Below are positions 18,344-29,927 of a DNA stretch of 64,000 nucleotides, in pieces. The DNA lies in assembly GCA_965220175.1 (NCBI GenBank), contig OZ244814.1, positions 1,952,390 to 2,016,389 on the forward strand, in the 5' to 3' direction. Within the stretch, counting starts at the first letter, position 1. Every line of letters starts with the position of its first letter. This DNA comes from Chloroflexota bacterium (GTDB taxonomy: Bacteria > Chloroflexota > UBA11872 > VXOZ01). Position numbers and translations under genes: made by a program. The notes below the pieces were generated by a model. The model did no database searches, had not been told where the DNA came from, and was given only the letters and a program-made list of their open reading frames with translations.

Positions 18344-19210
18344 CTACCGCTGTCGGAACGCGCTTCGAATTGTCTCATCCGGAAAGAGGCTTGGCACTAC
18401 GCCGCTGGCGGCGTAGCTGTAAAGAGCCGCTTTGTATATACCGTCCAGCGTTGCGAAAACCAGCGCTACACCGATCAACATAATTATTGAGGCAAGTACG
18501 GCGATCACTATTCCTGCTGCGCCTAACGGCAAGAGCACTAAGAAGAGCAGCGCGGAGATTGCGGCGGCAATCAGGAATGCGATTAGTGCCGCGATGCCGA
18601 GGCTGAAGTTGGCCGTCACTTGGTCGCCCCAGGTGCTGCGGATCATCGACAGAGACGTCTTGAACGCTTCGCTAAAGGGCCTGCGCTCTATGACAATTAG
18701 CGGTACTACAAAGAAAGTGAGAAGCGACCACGCCGCACCCAACAGCGCAACAACAATTGCGCCAACGATCCCCAGTACTCCTTGGCGCTCGCTTGCCTGA
18801 TTGGCCAGTATGCGCAATATGAGCCCCACGGTGCCGGCGATGACGGCCCACGCAAATATCGGGCCAACGCAACTGGACGCGCCGCTCAAGCCGGAGCGGA
18901 TGTTGGGATCGCCTCCGGCCAGCCGTTCATGGGCGGCAAACACGAGGGCGCTATTGAAGAATATGATGACAAACGAGGATAGTATGTAGAACGCCAGAGC
19001 CACGGCAAGATCGATGACGCCAAGACTGCCCGCCTCCAGGCGGTCGAGCGCCCCGATGCCAAATCCCACCCCAAAGAACGTCAAGACGACGATTCCGGTG
19101 CAAATCGACGAGAACACCGGAAAGAGCACGAGCTCCTTGTCCGCCGCGAGTACGCGAAGGCAGAGCTTTACCAACTGAAAGCTCCTGCGGATGGTGCGAA
19201 ACATGACCAC
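18344..19210 (-). CDS. Integral membrane protein (DUF6159-like)
   Basis: DKELVLFP, FFNSAL, FFVVPLIVIE, IYKAALY; ~6 TM. Confidence 0.75.
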   Translation of the reverse strand: MVMFRTIRRSFQLVKLCLRVLAADKELVLFPVFSSICTGIVVLTFFGVGFGIGALDRLEAGSLGVIDLAVALAFYILSSFVIIFFNSALVFAAHERLAGGDPNIRSGLSGASSCVGPIFAWAVIAGTVGLILRILANQASERQGVLGIVGAIVVALLGAAWSLLTFFVVPLIVIERRPFSEAFKTSLSMIRSTWGDQVTANFSLGIAALIAFLIAAAISALLFLVLLPLGAAGIVIAVLASIIMLIGVALVFATLDGIYKAALYSYAASGVVPSLFPDETIRSAFRQR

Positions 19211-19495
19211 CTTCCTTCTCGCCCCAACTACTATTGAACAGAACTACCTAGACCGCAAACACTCGCTCTTGTACACGAATTCTAAAGGAAGTCACGCGAC
19301 ATGTCATAGTTATGGGACTGTGGAGACGCCAACGCTGGCGGCAGTCCGCAGTAGTCTGCCTGCCAGAGACCGGAAAGGGCTATCTTATGGCTCCGACAGG
19401 ACATTTGAGCGTTGCAGATCAAGAGTGCGTTGGTGGAGGAAAGTTGTACTTGGCAAGGCCCATAGGATTGCGTATTGGCCCAATCGGCTAAGCTA

Positions 19496-19870
19496 CTACA
19501 ACTGCTCGCAGTGAGGCATGAAGGCGGCTCCCAGGCCGGCCACGGTAAATCCGGTGAGACCCAATGTCATGTCGCCGAGCGTGTCGACGTAGGCCGTTGC
19601 TAGCTCTACAGAGAAGCGGATGAAGGCAATGTGTTCCGCAATCTCCCAAAGGATCGCCGTCACCGCGCCAAAGCCCACCACGTATGCCAGGGTTTGCCCC
19701 TTGGGGATTCTGTTTCGCCACGCCAGCGCCCCCACGGCGCCGGAGAGCAGCGCCCAGTTGACGAGGTGGTTTACATCGTCCCACCACACGATGGTGTCAT
19801 AGAAGTCTGCGGCGTTGCCAGCGGTGTCTAGATAGAAGAGCAAGGCGAACAGAATGCCGGCGGCGTAGGG
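19496..19870 (-). pseudogene. 5'-truncated paralogous copy of the 22797-23405 membrane protein
   Basis: Shares WWDDVNHLVNWALLSGAVGALAWRN...TLAYVVGFGAVTAILWEIAE but lacks the first ~75 aa. Confidence 0.75.
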
Positions 19871-19985
19871 TACTATCACCCGGCAATGAAGCCTACTCAC
19901 CACTTGCCAAAATCGATTTTGGACACCGTGAAACGCCTGAGCACTTAATCTCTACAGCAAATGCATCACGGCAGCGGCCGTCAGT

Positions 19986-22259
19986 CTATTCCGCGAGGCC
20001 GAGACTCGCTAGGATGAAGGCATATTCCTCGGCGATTTCGTACCAACGGGCAAAACGGCCCGACCTGCCGCCATGCCCGGCGCCCATGTCGGTCTTCAGC
20101 AGTACCAGATTGTCATCTGTCTTGACGGCGCGCAATTTAGCCACGTACTTGGCGGGTTCCCAATACGTCACCCGCGGGTCGTTCAGTCCTGCCGTCACCA
20201 TTATCGGCGGATACTCGCCCGGCATAAGCTGATCGTAGGGAGAATAGGAACGGATGTACTCGAATGCGGCCTTATCTTCGATGGGGTTGCCCCATTCGGG
20301 CCACTCCGGTGGCGTCAATGGCAGGTCGGCGTCGAGCATGGTGTTCAGAATGTCCACGAAAGGTACATTGGCAACTGCCGCGCCCCAGAGTTCCGGAGCT
20401 TGATTGATTACTGCCCCCACCAGGGAACCGCCCGCGCTACCCCCGGCGATAGCGATGTGTCCCTCCGAGCCATAGCCCCGGTCTATCAGGTGTCGCGCCA
20501 CGTCCACGAAATCATTGAAGGTGTTGGTGCGCTCGAACAGCTTGCCGGCCTCATACCAGTGGTAGCCCAAGTCGTCGCCCCCGCGCACATGGGCGATAGC
20601 AAAGATGAACCCCCGCTCCAAGAGCGAAAGTCTGGCGGTGGAAAAGTACGGGGAGATGGCGTAGCCGTACGCGCCGTAGGCGTAGATATACAGAGGCGCG
20701 GAACCGTCCACCGGGGTATCCTTGTGGCGGACAATCGACACCGGCACCTGCACGCCGTCCCTGGCGGGCGCCAGTTCTCGGTAAGTCACGTACGCCGCGG
20801 CGTCATGTCCGCTGGGGATTTCCTGTACCTTCCGTACTTCCAGTTCCCCTGACTCTACGTGGTAGTCGAAGTCAGTCCACGGCGTGCTCAGTGACGTGTA
20901 GATCACCCGGATGGCGGAATCGTCGAATTCCGGAGCGAAGTCAATGTACGCGGTGTAGGCTGCCTCGGGAAAAGCGACGTGCCTCGACTCCCCGGCACGA
21001 TCGATGATGCGCACCTGGTCAAGGCCATCGATCCGCTCCTCAACCGCGATGTAGTCCTCGGTCAGGTAGAAGTCCTTGATGTACAAAGATTCCGTGCCCT
21101 GCAACAAGGTCTCCCATGCCGCCTCGGTCGGATCATCTTCCGGCGCGACTGCCAAGCGGAAATTCTGGTGATTGTCGTTGGTCCTGATGACGAAGCGGTC
21201 GCCCTGATGGTCTATAGAGTATTCGTGCCCCGGCCGGCGGGGTGCTACCAAGACCGGTTCAGCCGCGGGGTCATCAGACAAGACCAAGCGCACCTCGGAG
21301 GTCACATGGTCGCCGGCGCCAATGATGACGTACTTCTTTGAGGCGGTGTTCGCTATCCAGATGAAGAAGCCCGGTTCGGTTTCCTCATGCACCACGACGT
21401 CCTGTTCGACCGGTGTGCCCAGGACATGCCGACGCACCTGCCAAGGACGCCAATTTTCGTCCAGCTTGGTGTAGAAGAAAGATGAGTCATCGGCAGACCA
21501 CACGGCACTCCCGCTCGTCTCCTCGATCTCATCCTGCAACAACTCACCGGTTTCCAGGTTCTTGATCACCAAGGTATATCGTTCCGAGCCGTTAGTGTCG
21601 GTGCTATACGCCAACTGGGAGCCGTCGTTGCTCACGGAAAGGGAACCCAAGCGGAAGTATTCCAGGCCCTCGGCCAACGCCGGTTCGTCTAGGAATACCT
21701 GAGCATTTTCGGTGGGGCCTTCGCGCGCGCCGGGGTCGGAGGCGGGCCAGCGCAGCCATTCGCGGTACTGGCTCCCTTCGCCGTACCGCCACTGGTAGTA
21801 CCACTGTCCTCTCCGCTGGGGCAAGCTGGTCAATTCCGCCGGCTGGCGCCCCTCGATTTCCTTGTAGATGGTGTCGACCAGGTCCTGGTATGGCGCCATG
21901 CTTGCGGCGAAGTAGTCGTTTTCCGCCTCCAAATACGCCAGCACGTCTTCGTCATCCACTGTCGGGTAGTCTTGGTCCCGCAGCCAGTTCCACGGGTCTT
22001 GCACGGTAATCCCATGATGGGTGAAACTGTGCGGACGTTCCCCGGCAATTGGCGGAACAGGCGCAGCATCGGTTGCGGAGGGAGCGGCAACGGGCGTCGC
22101 GGCGAGTTGCAGCGGCACGGTTGCGCAGCCAACCAAGGCGAACGCAGCGAAGGCGAGGACGGCCAATACGACCAAGGCACGGTGCATTGAAGACAACATC
22201 AATCTCTCCCCGGCATTCAAAGAGCAAAACAGGCCGAATCTCATGCTATAGTCTCGCAA
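19986..22259 (-). CDS. ptrB: Oligopeptidase B (S9A) with lipoprotein signal
   Basis: DPWNWLR, HVRGG, GGSAGG, DPRVTYWEP, GAGHGG; LVGC lipobox; true start probably a later Met. Confidence 0.92.
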   Translation of the reverse strand: MRDYSMRFGLFCSLNAGERLMLSSMHRALVVLAVLAFAAFALVGCATVPLQLAATPVAAPSATDAAPVPPIAGERPHSFTHHGITVQDPWNWLRDQDYPTVDDEDVLAYLEAENDYFAASMAPYQDLVDTIYKEIEGRQPAELTSLPQRRGQWYYQWRYGEGSQYREWLRWPASDPGAREGPTENAQVFLDEPALAEGLEYFRLGSLSVSNDGSQLAYSTDTNGSERYTLVIKNLETGELLQDEIEETSGSAVWSADDSSFFYTKLDENWRPWQVRRHVLGTPVEQDVVVHEETEPGFFIWIANTASKKYVIIGAGDHVTSEVRLVLSDDPAAEPVLVAPRRPGHEYSIDHQGDRFVIRTNDNHQNFRLAVAPEDDPTEAAWETLLQGTESLYIKDFYLTEDYIAVEERIDGLDQVRIIDRAGESRHVAFPEAAYTAYIDFAPEFDDSAIRVIYTSLSTPWTDFDYHVESGELEVRKVQEIPSGHDAAAYVTYRELAPARDGVQVPVSIVRHKDTPVDGSAPLYIYAYGAYGYAISPYFSTARLSLLERGFIFAIAHVRGGDDLGYHWYEAGKLFERTNTFNDFVDVARHLIDRGYGSEGHIAIAGGSAGGSLVGAVINQAPELWGAAVANVPFVDILNTMLDADLPLTPPEWPEWGNPIEDKAAFEYIRSYSPYDQLMPGEYPPIMVTAGLNDPRVTYWEPAKYVAKLRAVKTDDNLVLLKTDMGAGHGGRSGRFARWYEIAEEYAFILASLGLAE

Positions 22260-22796
22260 TCATGCCAGTCAACTGAAGTGCGCCCAGGATTCAACACACC
22301 CAGGCTTGTAGTTTCTAAGGCAACGATTCCGGTGACTTCGAAGCGGGCAGGTGCCCCGTGTTCTTCGTGGGAGGAATCTAAGAGGCGTCCGATTCTAAAG
22401 TGTTCGTCGCGGAGTTGATCCGGAGCTTGCCGAGGGGAACCCTGGAATGACAGTTGGAAGTTGACTCAGACCAAGGGCCGGCAATGGATCTACCCTTGGT
22501 CATCCCTCGCGCATAGCTACTGAACCAACGCGCTCAAACCGGCACGTCTCAAATAGCTCGAGAATCCAAAGGCCACGGTGTGGGTGGGGCTATGGCACGG
22601 CTTAAAATGTGATCTAGGGTCCGCAGTCTCCGCCTCGCCCATTCCCTCTCCATTGTGCATGCGAAAGCCTGACAGAAGGAGTGGGTTGCGCCCCAGCGTG
22701 CATGGGCGATTTTGGTGGACGAGGATGAAGCCGGGATGGGAGCGCTCGTTGATTAGTGACATTTGGGTCTGCAAAGCGAGACGGGGCACGATTCGA

Positions 22797-23405
22797 CTAT
22801 GCCTGCTGGCGGCGGGGAGACAGGGCGGCTATCAGTCCGGCCACGGCAGATCCGGCGAGACCCAGTGCCATGTCGCCCAGGGTGTCGACGTAGGCGGTTG
22901 CAAGCTCTTCTGAGAAGCGAATAAAGGAAAAGTACTCGGCGATCTCCCACAGGATCGCCGTCACCGCGCCAAAGCCCACCACGTATGCCAGGGTCCGCCC
23001 CTTGGGGAGTTGGTTGCGCCACGCCAAGGCCCCAACGGCACCGGAAAGCAGCGCCCAATTCACGAGGTGATTGACGTCATCCCACCACCAGATTGTGTCG
23101 TAGAGATCCATGGCGTTGCCGGCGGTGTCTATGATGAACGGCAAAGTGAGCAGTATGTCGGCGGCGTACGGGTAGGCAGTATCTCGCGCGCGCATTGCCC
23201 AAATCACGGGCACCACAAAGGCGGCTATCGGATAGGTGGCGAGGCGCCAGGCAAAGGCTTTGCCCTCAAACTGCTGTAGACCGGAGAAAGCCCCGATTGC
23301 CAAGAGGCCGATCAAAAGGACCTTAATGGAGAGATTGATCCAGAAAGCCGGTGGTTGGCCTCGCAGGCCTGAGACTAGCCGATATCCCATAGCTGACACT
23401 TCCAA
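22797..23405 (-). CDS. Membrane protein, DUF2238/VanZ-like
   Basis: ~6 TM; WWDDxxH, WExxE, DTxxD pattern. Confidence 0.7.
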   Translation of the reverse strand: MEVSAMGYRLVSGLRGQPPAFWINLSIKVLLIGLLAIGAFSGLQQFEGKAFAWRLATYPIAAFVVPVIWAMRARDTAYPYAADILLTLPFIIDTAGNAMDLYDTIWWWDDVNHLVNWALLSGAVGALAWRNQLPKGRTLAYVVGFGAVTAILWEIAEYFSFIRFSEELATAYVDTLGDMALGLAGSAVAGLIAALSPRRQQA

Positions 23406-23498
23406 TGTCTTGGTGAAGTTCGTGTTACATGCTTCTTGATCGAGGGTGCGAGAGAGTTGAGATTAGGTGGGTAGAGCTCTTGCCAACTTCCTTAGCAT

Positions 23499-24611
23499 CT
23501 ATCCCCATACGTTACGGGCGGTTTCGGCGACTATGCGGAGTTTTGCGTTTTGTTGTTCGATCGAGATGGGATTGCCAACGATGGATGAGGCGAACCCGCA
23601 CTGCGGACTGATGGCGAGTTGCTCCAGGGGGAAATGGCGAGCGGCCTCGGCAATCCTGGACTCAAGCGCGGCTGGGGTCTCCAATTGCGGAGACTTGGTC
23701 GTGACCAGCCCCAGCGCCACGAGCTTGTCGTCGGGCACGCCGCGCAGGGGCTCGAACGAGCCTGAGCGGGGATCGTCGTATTCCAGCATGAGCCGCTGCG
23801 CGTTGATGCGCTGGAGCACCGGCTCGACAATCCGGTCGTAACTGCCTTCGACCAGCCAACGGCCGCCTTGGTTCCCGCGTCAGAGATGGAATGCGAACAT
23901 TACTTCCGAGAAACCGTCCATCACGGCGTTGTCCAGCTCGATGCCCTGGGCGATCCAGTCCTCCGCGGACGAGCCCTGGGCTTCATAGAAGGCCGCCCAC
24001 TGCGGATCCAGCACGAGCGGGTAGTGCGGAGCGTCGAGTTGGATGTAGTTCGCCCCCAGCCTAATCAGCTCTGTGATCTCCTCACGGACAATCTGCGCGA
24101 CGTCGGCCAAGAACGCATCCAGCGTGGGATACGCCGCGGCGGACTGCACCGGCGACCAGAAGTTGGCGAACAGGCTGGGGCTCGGCAATGTCACCTTTAC
24201 GATGCGCGTGGTGCGGCCGCGCAGGTAGGTGAACTCCTCCGCCGACAGGTGGCGCTTCCGTTCGAGTCGGCCGACGACTCCCAGCGTCGCGGGACGTTCC
24301 TTGTGTACGTCTCCTACCTGTGCGTCGCCCTGCCAATCGCCCCAGAGGAACGCGTCAATATCGAATTCGCCAAAGCCTGCGACTGCCTCGGGCATCTGGC
24401 TTTGGAACGAGAGCCTGCGCATTTCGCCGTCGGTGAGGATCTCAAGTCCGGCTTCCTCTTGAGCAGCTACGGCGCTATCGACGGCGGCGTCCTCGGCGTG
24501 CTTGAATGCCGCGGGCGAGATGCGCCCGACTGTAAACTCCTCGCGCGCGGCGAGCAACTCCGGCGGCCTAATGAGGCTCCCAACGATGTCGGCATGGGGG
24601 AGATCCAGCAT
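23499..24611 (-). CDS. Cobalamin-independent methionine synthase II-like (single-barrel) protein with in-frame UGA, candidate selenoprotein
   Basis: VGSLIRP, TDGEMRR, IQLDAP, HL(TGA)RGN, LEYD, SPQCGF; the two track ORFs are in one frame separated only by TGA at 23880-23882. Confidence 0.88.
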
Positions 24612-24724
24612 GGTACATAGTTTCTCATACTTTGGCGGTTAATGGCGGACAAGACTGGCAGGCCTGCCGTCGTCCAAGCGGGTGTCACGAAGTCCGATGC
24701 TGCTTCCGGAAGATAGTTCAAACG

Positions 24725-25396
24725 TCATGGTGCCGCTTCCAGGTACTCCTCCCAGAGATCGACGTACACGGCGCTGTTGACGTCGGCGGACTCGCCCCAG
24801 AGCTCGCACGCAGCGAAGCGCACGCAGTAGAGGTGGCGTCCCTCTACCACGCCTTCCGCGCTGAGGTCCGGGTACACTTGCGACCCATAGTGCTCGTCAA
24901 TCGTTCCGACGTGGCCGCGAACGTAGCGCGGCTCGCGGGTGTGTCCGCGTAGGTGGCGGTTACGGGCCCGTACGCGGTCGCCCGGAGCGAACCGGGCCGG
25001 CCCCGGCGCGGGACGGCGGTAGCTCGTGGTCATGAACGGCTTGGCTCGCACCTGTTCGGCGCGCATTACGCGCTCGAGGATGGCTCCGGAGACGGCCAAT
25101 GACGCCCCGCCCGTCCGCAGCTCCTCATCCGAAACCAGACCGGACTCGACAAGTTGCATCCGCAAGGCTGCGAACCAGATCTCGTAATAGGAATAGGCGA
25201 GGTAATCCGCGGGGGGCAGACTCTCCCGGGTGTGGCGCACCATGTCCAGGTTCCACAGCGCCAGGCCCCCGATGAGCCGGACCATGGCGTACACCCGGCC
25301 CTCCCACTCCTCATGGAAGACCGGCTCTACCAACTCCGGCTCGGGCCGCACCGGCCCGAATCCCTGCATCCCACCGAGGTCGTGGATTCTGTTCAT
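24725..25396 (-). CDS. nthB: Nitrile hydratase beta subunit
   Basis: [46 protein letters not shown]; ATGA overlap with alpha. Confidence 0.95.
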   Translation of the reverse strand: MNRIHDLGGMQGFGPVRPEPELVEPVFHEEWEGRVYAMVRLIGGLALWNLDMVRHTRESLPPADYLAYSYYEIWFAALRMQLVESGLVSDEELRTGGASLAVSGAILERVMRAEQVRAKPFMTTSYRRPAPGPARFAPGDRVRARNRHLRGHTREPRYVRGHVGTIDEHYGSQVYPDLSAEGVVEGRHLYCVRFAACELWGESADVNSAVYVDLWEEYLEAAP

Positions 25397-26010
25397 GGGG
25401 TTCCCGTCGTTGCCGGCCGCTGCGCCTCTTCCACGCCAATCATGGAGTTGCGGGTCACGAGGTCTTGGAGTTCCTCCTCGCGCCAGCCCTCCGTGCCTGG
25501 GGGACGCTGGGGGAGGACGAGGTAGCGCATCTCGGAGGTGGAGTCCCACACGCGCACTTCTTTCTCGGCTCCTATCTCTGAACCAAACTGCCGCATTACG
25601 CCGCGCGGGTCGGCGACTGCCTGCGCCCGGTACGGCGCGGACTTGTACCACACCGGCGGCAGTCCCAAGAGCGGCCAGAGATAGCAGGAGCACAGCGTGC
25701 AGACTACGAGATTGTGGACGTCAACCGTGTTCTCGACGACCCGCAGCACTTCGCCTTGCGAGCTCACGTACCCCAGCGAAGCGATGGCGGCGTTGGGGTC
25801 ATTCAAGAGCCAGCGCTTGAATTCCTCATCCGCCCAGGCTCTCGCCACCACTCGCTTGCCGTTTGACGGGCTAATCTTGTCTTCGTACAGCGCAAGGAGC
25901 GCGTCAACCGCTTCCGGGTCGAGCAGCCCCTTTTCCACCAGGAGGGACTCGAGCGCCTTCACGCTCAGCTCGATGTCGGAGGGTGGCGCCGGGTGGTGGT
26001 CCTTCGTCAT
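25393..26010 (-). CDS. nthA: Nitrile hydratase alpha subunit, cobalt type
   Basis: [14 protein letters not shown] metal motif, [18 protein letters not shown]; start at MTKDHH. Confidence 0.95.
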   Translation of the reverse strand: MTKDHHPAPPSDIELSVKALESLLVEKGLLDPEAVDALLALYEDKISPSNGKRVVARAWADEEFKRWLLNDPNAAIASLGYVSSQGEVLRVVENTVDVHNLVVCTLCSCYLWPLLGLPPVWYKSAPYRAQAVADPRGVMRQFGSEIGAEKEVRVWDSTSEMRYLVLPQRPPGTEGWREEELQDLVTRNSMIGVEEAQRPATTGTP

Positions 26011-26104
26011 AGCTTGGCTCGCGTACTCCGTGCGAACGCTCAAGGTGAATGGTTTTCTCCAGGAGGGCATCGGCAGGGCTGGTCTTGGCAGAAGATGCCG
26101 GACG

Positions 26105-26180
26105 TGGTGGAGATGAGGAGACTCGAACTCCTGACCCCCTCCTTGCAAAGGAGGTGCTCTCCCAACTGAGCTACATCCCC
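26105..26180 (-). tRNA. tRNA-Ala(UGC)
   Basis: GGGGATGTAGCTCAG...TTGCAA...GTTCGAG...CCA cloverleaf. Confidence 0.97.
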
Positions 26181-26232
26181 GTGCGGCGGCTCTGAATACA
26201 AAGCGGTGGAAACTGAGTACCGACGCCGTTTA

Positions 26233-26309
26233 TGGTGGGCCACTGTGGATTTGAACCACAGACCTCGCCCTTATCAGGGGCGCGCTCTAACCAACTGAGC
26301 TAGTGGCCC
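26233..26309 (-). tRNA. tRNA-Ile(GAU)
   Basis: GGGCCACTAGCTCAG...CTGATAA...GTTCAAATCC...CCA cloverleaf. Confidence 0.97.
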
Positions 26310-26341
26310 TTGAGACGAACAAGACCGCCTCTTCACGGTCT

Positions 26342-26350
26342 ATTGTACCA
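26342..26350 (-). promoter_or_regulatory. Putative extended -10 promoter for the tRNA pair
   Basis: TGgTACAAT about 30 nt upstream of tRNA-Ile. Confidence 0.5.
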
Positions 26351-26654
26351 CTCTTCGCACGGCCTGTACGTTGCTACACCAACGGTAGACACTGCGCGGA
26401 GCACAGGAGGAATATAGCGCAGCGTACGGCACGATGCAACTATTCCTCTCCCCTCAAAGACGGTCGGACATAGGGCGAAAGCTGGCTGACGCAGCGGTGG
26501 ATTGGCTGCCGAGCTTGTGCGGGTAGATGTGCTTATCGGTGGGAAATTGTTGGCCGGGAGGCAGTGTGAAGACGTTTGGCGGAGCGCTGCCAACTCGCGC
26601 TCGTAGTCTCCGCGGGGGTAGACATGGGGATAGTGTTGGGTAGGGGACAACAGC

Positions 26655-26678
26655 AAAAGCCCCTCCGGAAGGAGGGGG
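26655..26678 (-). terminator. Intrinsic terminator downstream of 16S rRNA
   Basis: CCCCTCC-TTCC-GGAGGGG-CTTTT on minus strand. Confidence 0.65.
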
Positions 26679-26801
26679 TAATGGGGTTGCTTGTATTTGT
26701 AAAGCAGGCGGGATTTAGCAGGTAAAGGGTGATGAAGGGGGGAGAATGGGTAGGGAGTGGGGTGGGCAAATGTGGGATAGGAGGTAATGGGTGTAAACCC
26801 T

Positions 26802-28330
<1,529 letters not shown>

Positions 28331-28464
28331 CAAAAGGGAAAACAGAGTTAAGGAACCGCCGTATCCCGGAAAGCCCGAAGTCCCGCTCACCTACGAAAAA
28401 ACGCCCTTACCTTCATCACTCTTCACCTGTTAAGGAGCCGCCTGCTGAAAAACAGGCAAAGGTC

Positions 28465-28494
28465 ATAGTAGCACTCCTCGGAGTAATGAGTCAA
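28465..28494 (-). promoter_or_regulatory. 16S rRNA promoter
   Basis: TTGACT-N18-TACTAT with TG extension; boxA-like GCTCCTTAACA downstream. Confidence 0.7.
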
Positions 28495-28758
28495 GTGCAA
28501 GTGCCGTCCTTTACCAGCAAACCGTGACTCATGGCTCGCAGGCTCGCCCAATAAGAGCTAGCGAAATCGCCGGCTGATTCCGCGGGAGAAACGATGCAAG
28601 GCTTCGGCAAAGAGCAAGGGTGTAGACTCCTGTGGGAAGTTGCGGTGCAATCGTGAATTAGGGGTCGTATCGCAACTGAGGCGCACCGCAAGTCGACGCG
28701 CGACTGAGTGCAGTGCATGATACAATGGGCGCGCGTTCAGAACGGCTGAGGAACAGGG

Positions 28759-29712
28759 GTGGTCGTGAGGGTATTGATTGCCGGCGGAGCGGGCTTTGTT
28801 GGCTCGCATCTTTGTGATTACTTTGTCGCACAAGGGCACACTGTCACCGCGCTCGATAGCGGCATCACCGGCCGCGCCAAGAATGTAGCCCATCTTGCAG
28901 ACAACAGCCTCTTCTCGCTCGTTGAGCAGGACGTGACCGAGCCGTTTGCATGGCGCGGCGACGCGATTTTTCATCTCGCAAGCCCTGCCAGCCCGGAAGG
29001 CTATCTGCGATTCCCTTTGGCAACGCTGCGCGTCAATTCTGTCGGCACGGAGAACCTGCTCGAATTGGCGCGGCAGAATAACGCCAAGTTTCTCTTTGCC
29101 TCCACCTCGGAAGTGTACGGCGATCCTCTTGAGCATCCTCAGTCGGAAACGTACTGGGGAAATGTCAATCCGGTGGGGCCGCGGGCGTGCTATGACGAGG
29201 GCAAGCGCTTTGGTGAAGCCTTGACAATGGAGTACGTGCGTCAATACGGTCTCAATGCTCGCATCATTCGCATCTTCAACACATACGGCCCGCGGAATGA
29301 CCCGCGAGACGGACGGGTGGTGCCTAACTTTATCGCGCAGGCGCTGGTAGGGCTGCCGATTACGGTCTACGGTGACGGCTCTCAGACGCGCTCGTTCTGT
29401 TTTGTAGGGGACCTCGTGCGGGGCATAGCGGCGGCGATGTTTACCGCCGATACGCAAGGAGAGGTCTTCAACCTTGGGAACCCCGATGAGAGGACAATTC
29501 GGGAATTTGCCGAACTCATCGTGCGCTTGACCGGCATGGATGTGCCCATCGTTCACAAGCCGCTACCGGCTGATGATCCCAGGCAGCGGCGGCCTGATAT
29601 TGCCAAGGCGCAGGCGTGTCTCAACTGGTCACCGCAAGTATCCTTGGAGGAGGGACTGGCGGAGACTATCGCCTACTTTCGCCAGGAACTTGCTGCGGAG
29701 CCGCTGTCGTAG
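28759..29712 (+). CDS. UDP-glucuronate decarboxylase-like NAD-dependent epimerase/dehydratase
   Basis: GGAGFVGSH, HLASPASP, STSEVYGDP, YDEGKR, DDPRQRRPDI. Confidence 0.93.
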   Translation: MVVRVLIAGGAGFVGSHLCDYFVAQGHTVTALDSGITGRAKNVAHLADNSLFSLVEQDVTEPFAWRGDAIFHLASPASPEGYLRFPLATLRVNSVGTENLLELARQNNAKFLFASTSEVYGDPLEHPQSETYWGNVNPVGPRACYDEGKRFGEALTMEYVRQYGLNARIIRIFNTYGPRNDPRDGRVVPNFIAQALVGLPITVYGDGSQTRSFCFVGDLVRGIAAAMFTADTQGEVFNLGNPDERTIREFAELIVRLTGMDVPIVHKPLPADDPRQRRPDIAKAQACLNWSPQVSLEEGLAETIAYFRQELAAEPLS

Positions 29713-29823
29713 AGGCGGTTTTGCCAGGATACCTCTAGGCAATCATTGTAGGAACCTCAGTCCTTGCCAGCCTCCGGCCAGTCAATCCGGGCCTGTGAGG
29801 TCAATGATTTCCAGTGATGGTCA

Positions 29824-29853
29824 TTGACATAACACGAAATCGCAGGGTAATAT
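29824..29853 (+). promoter_or_regulatory. Putative sigma70 promoter
   Basis: TTGACA-N18-TAATAT upstream of FAA-hydrolase gene. Confidence 0.55.
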
Positions 29854-29927
29854 TGCATCTCATGCGAAGAATCACTATCCTAGTTTGGGGATAAATGGAG
29901 ATCACGGAGAGAGAAGGAGCAAGACAG

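Noticed and set aside
22320-22460. Degenerate REP-like sequence (GGAATCT...GGAATGACA) upstream of ptrB
   Set aside because: Too decayed to define a stem or boundaries by eye
25397-25693. 100-aa N-terminal extension of NHase beta
   Set aside because: Lies within nthA in another frame; the real start is MNRIHD at 25396
26011-26180. Genomic island integrated at the tRNA-Ala 3' end
   Set aside because: I found no duplicated tRNA 3' end elsewhere in the window and no adjacent integrase
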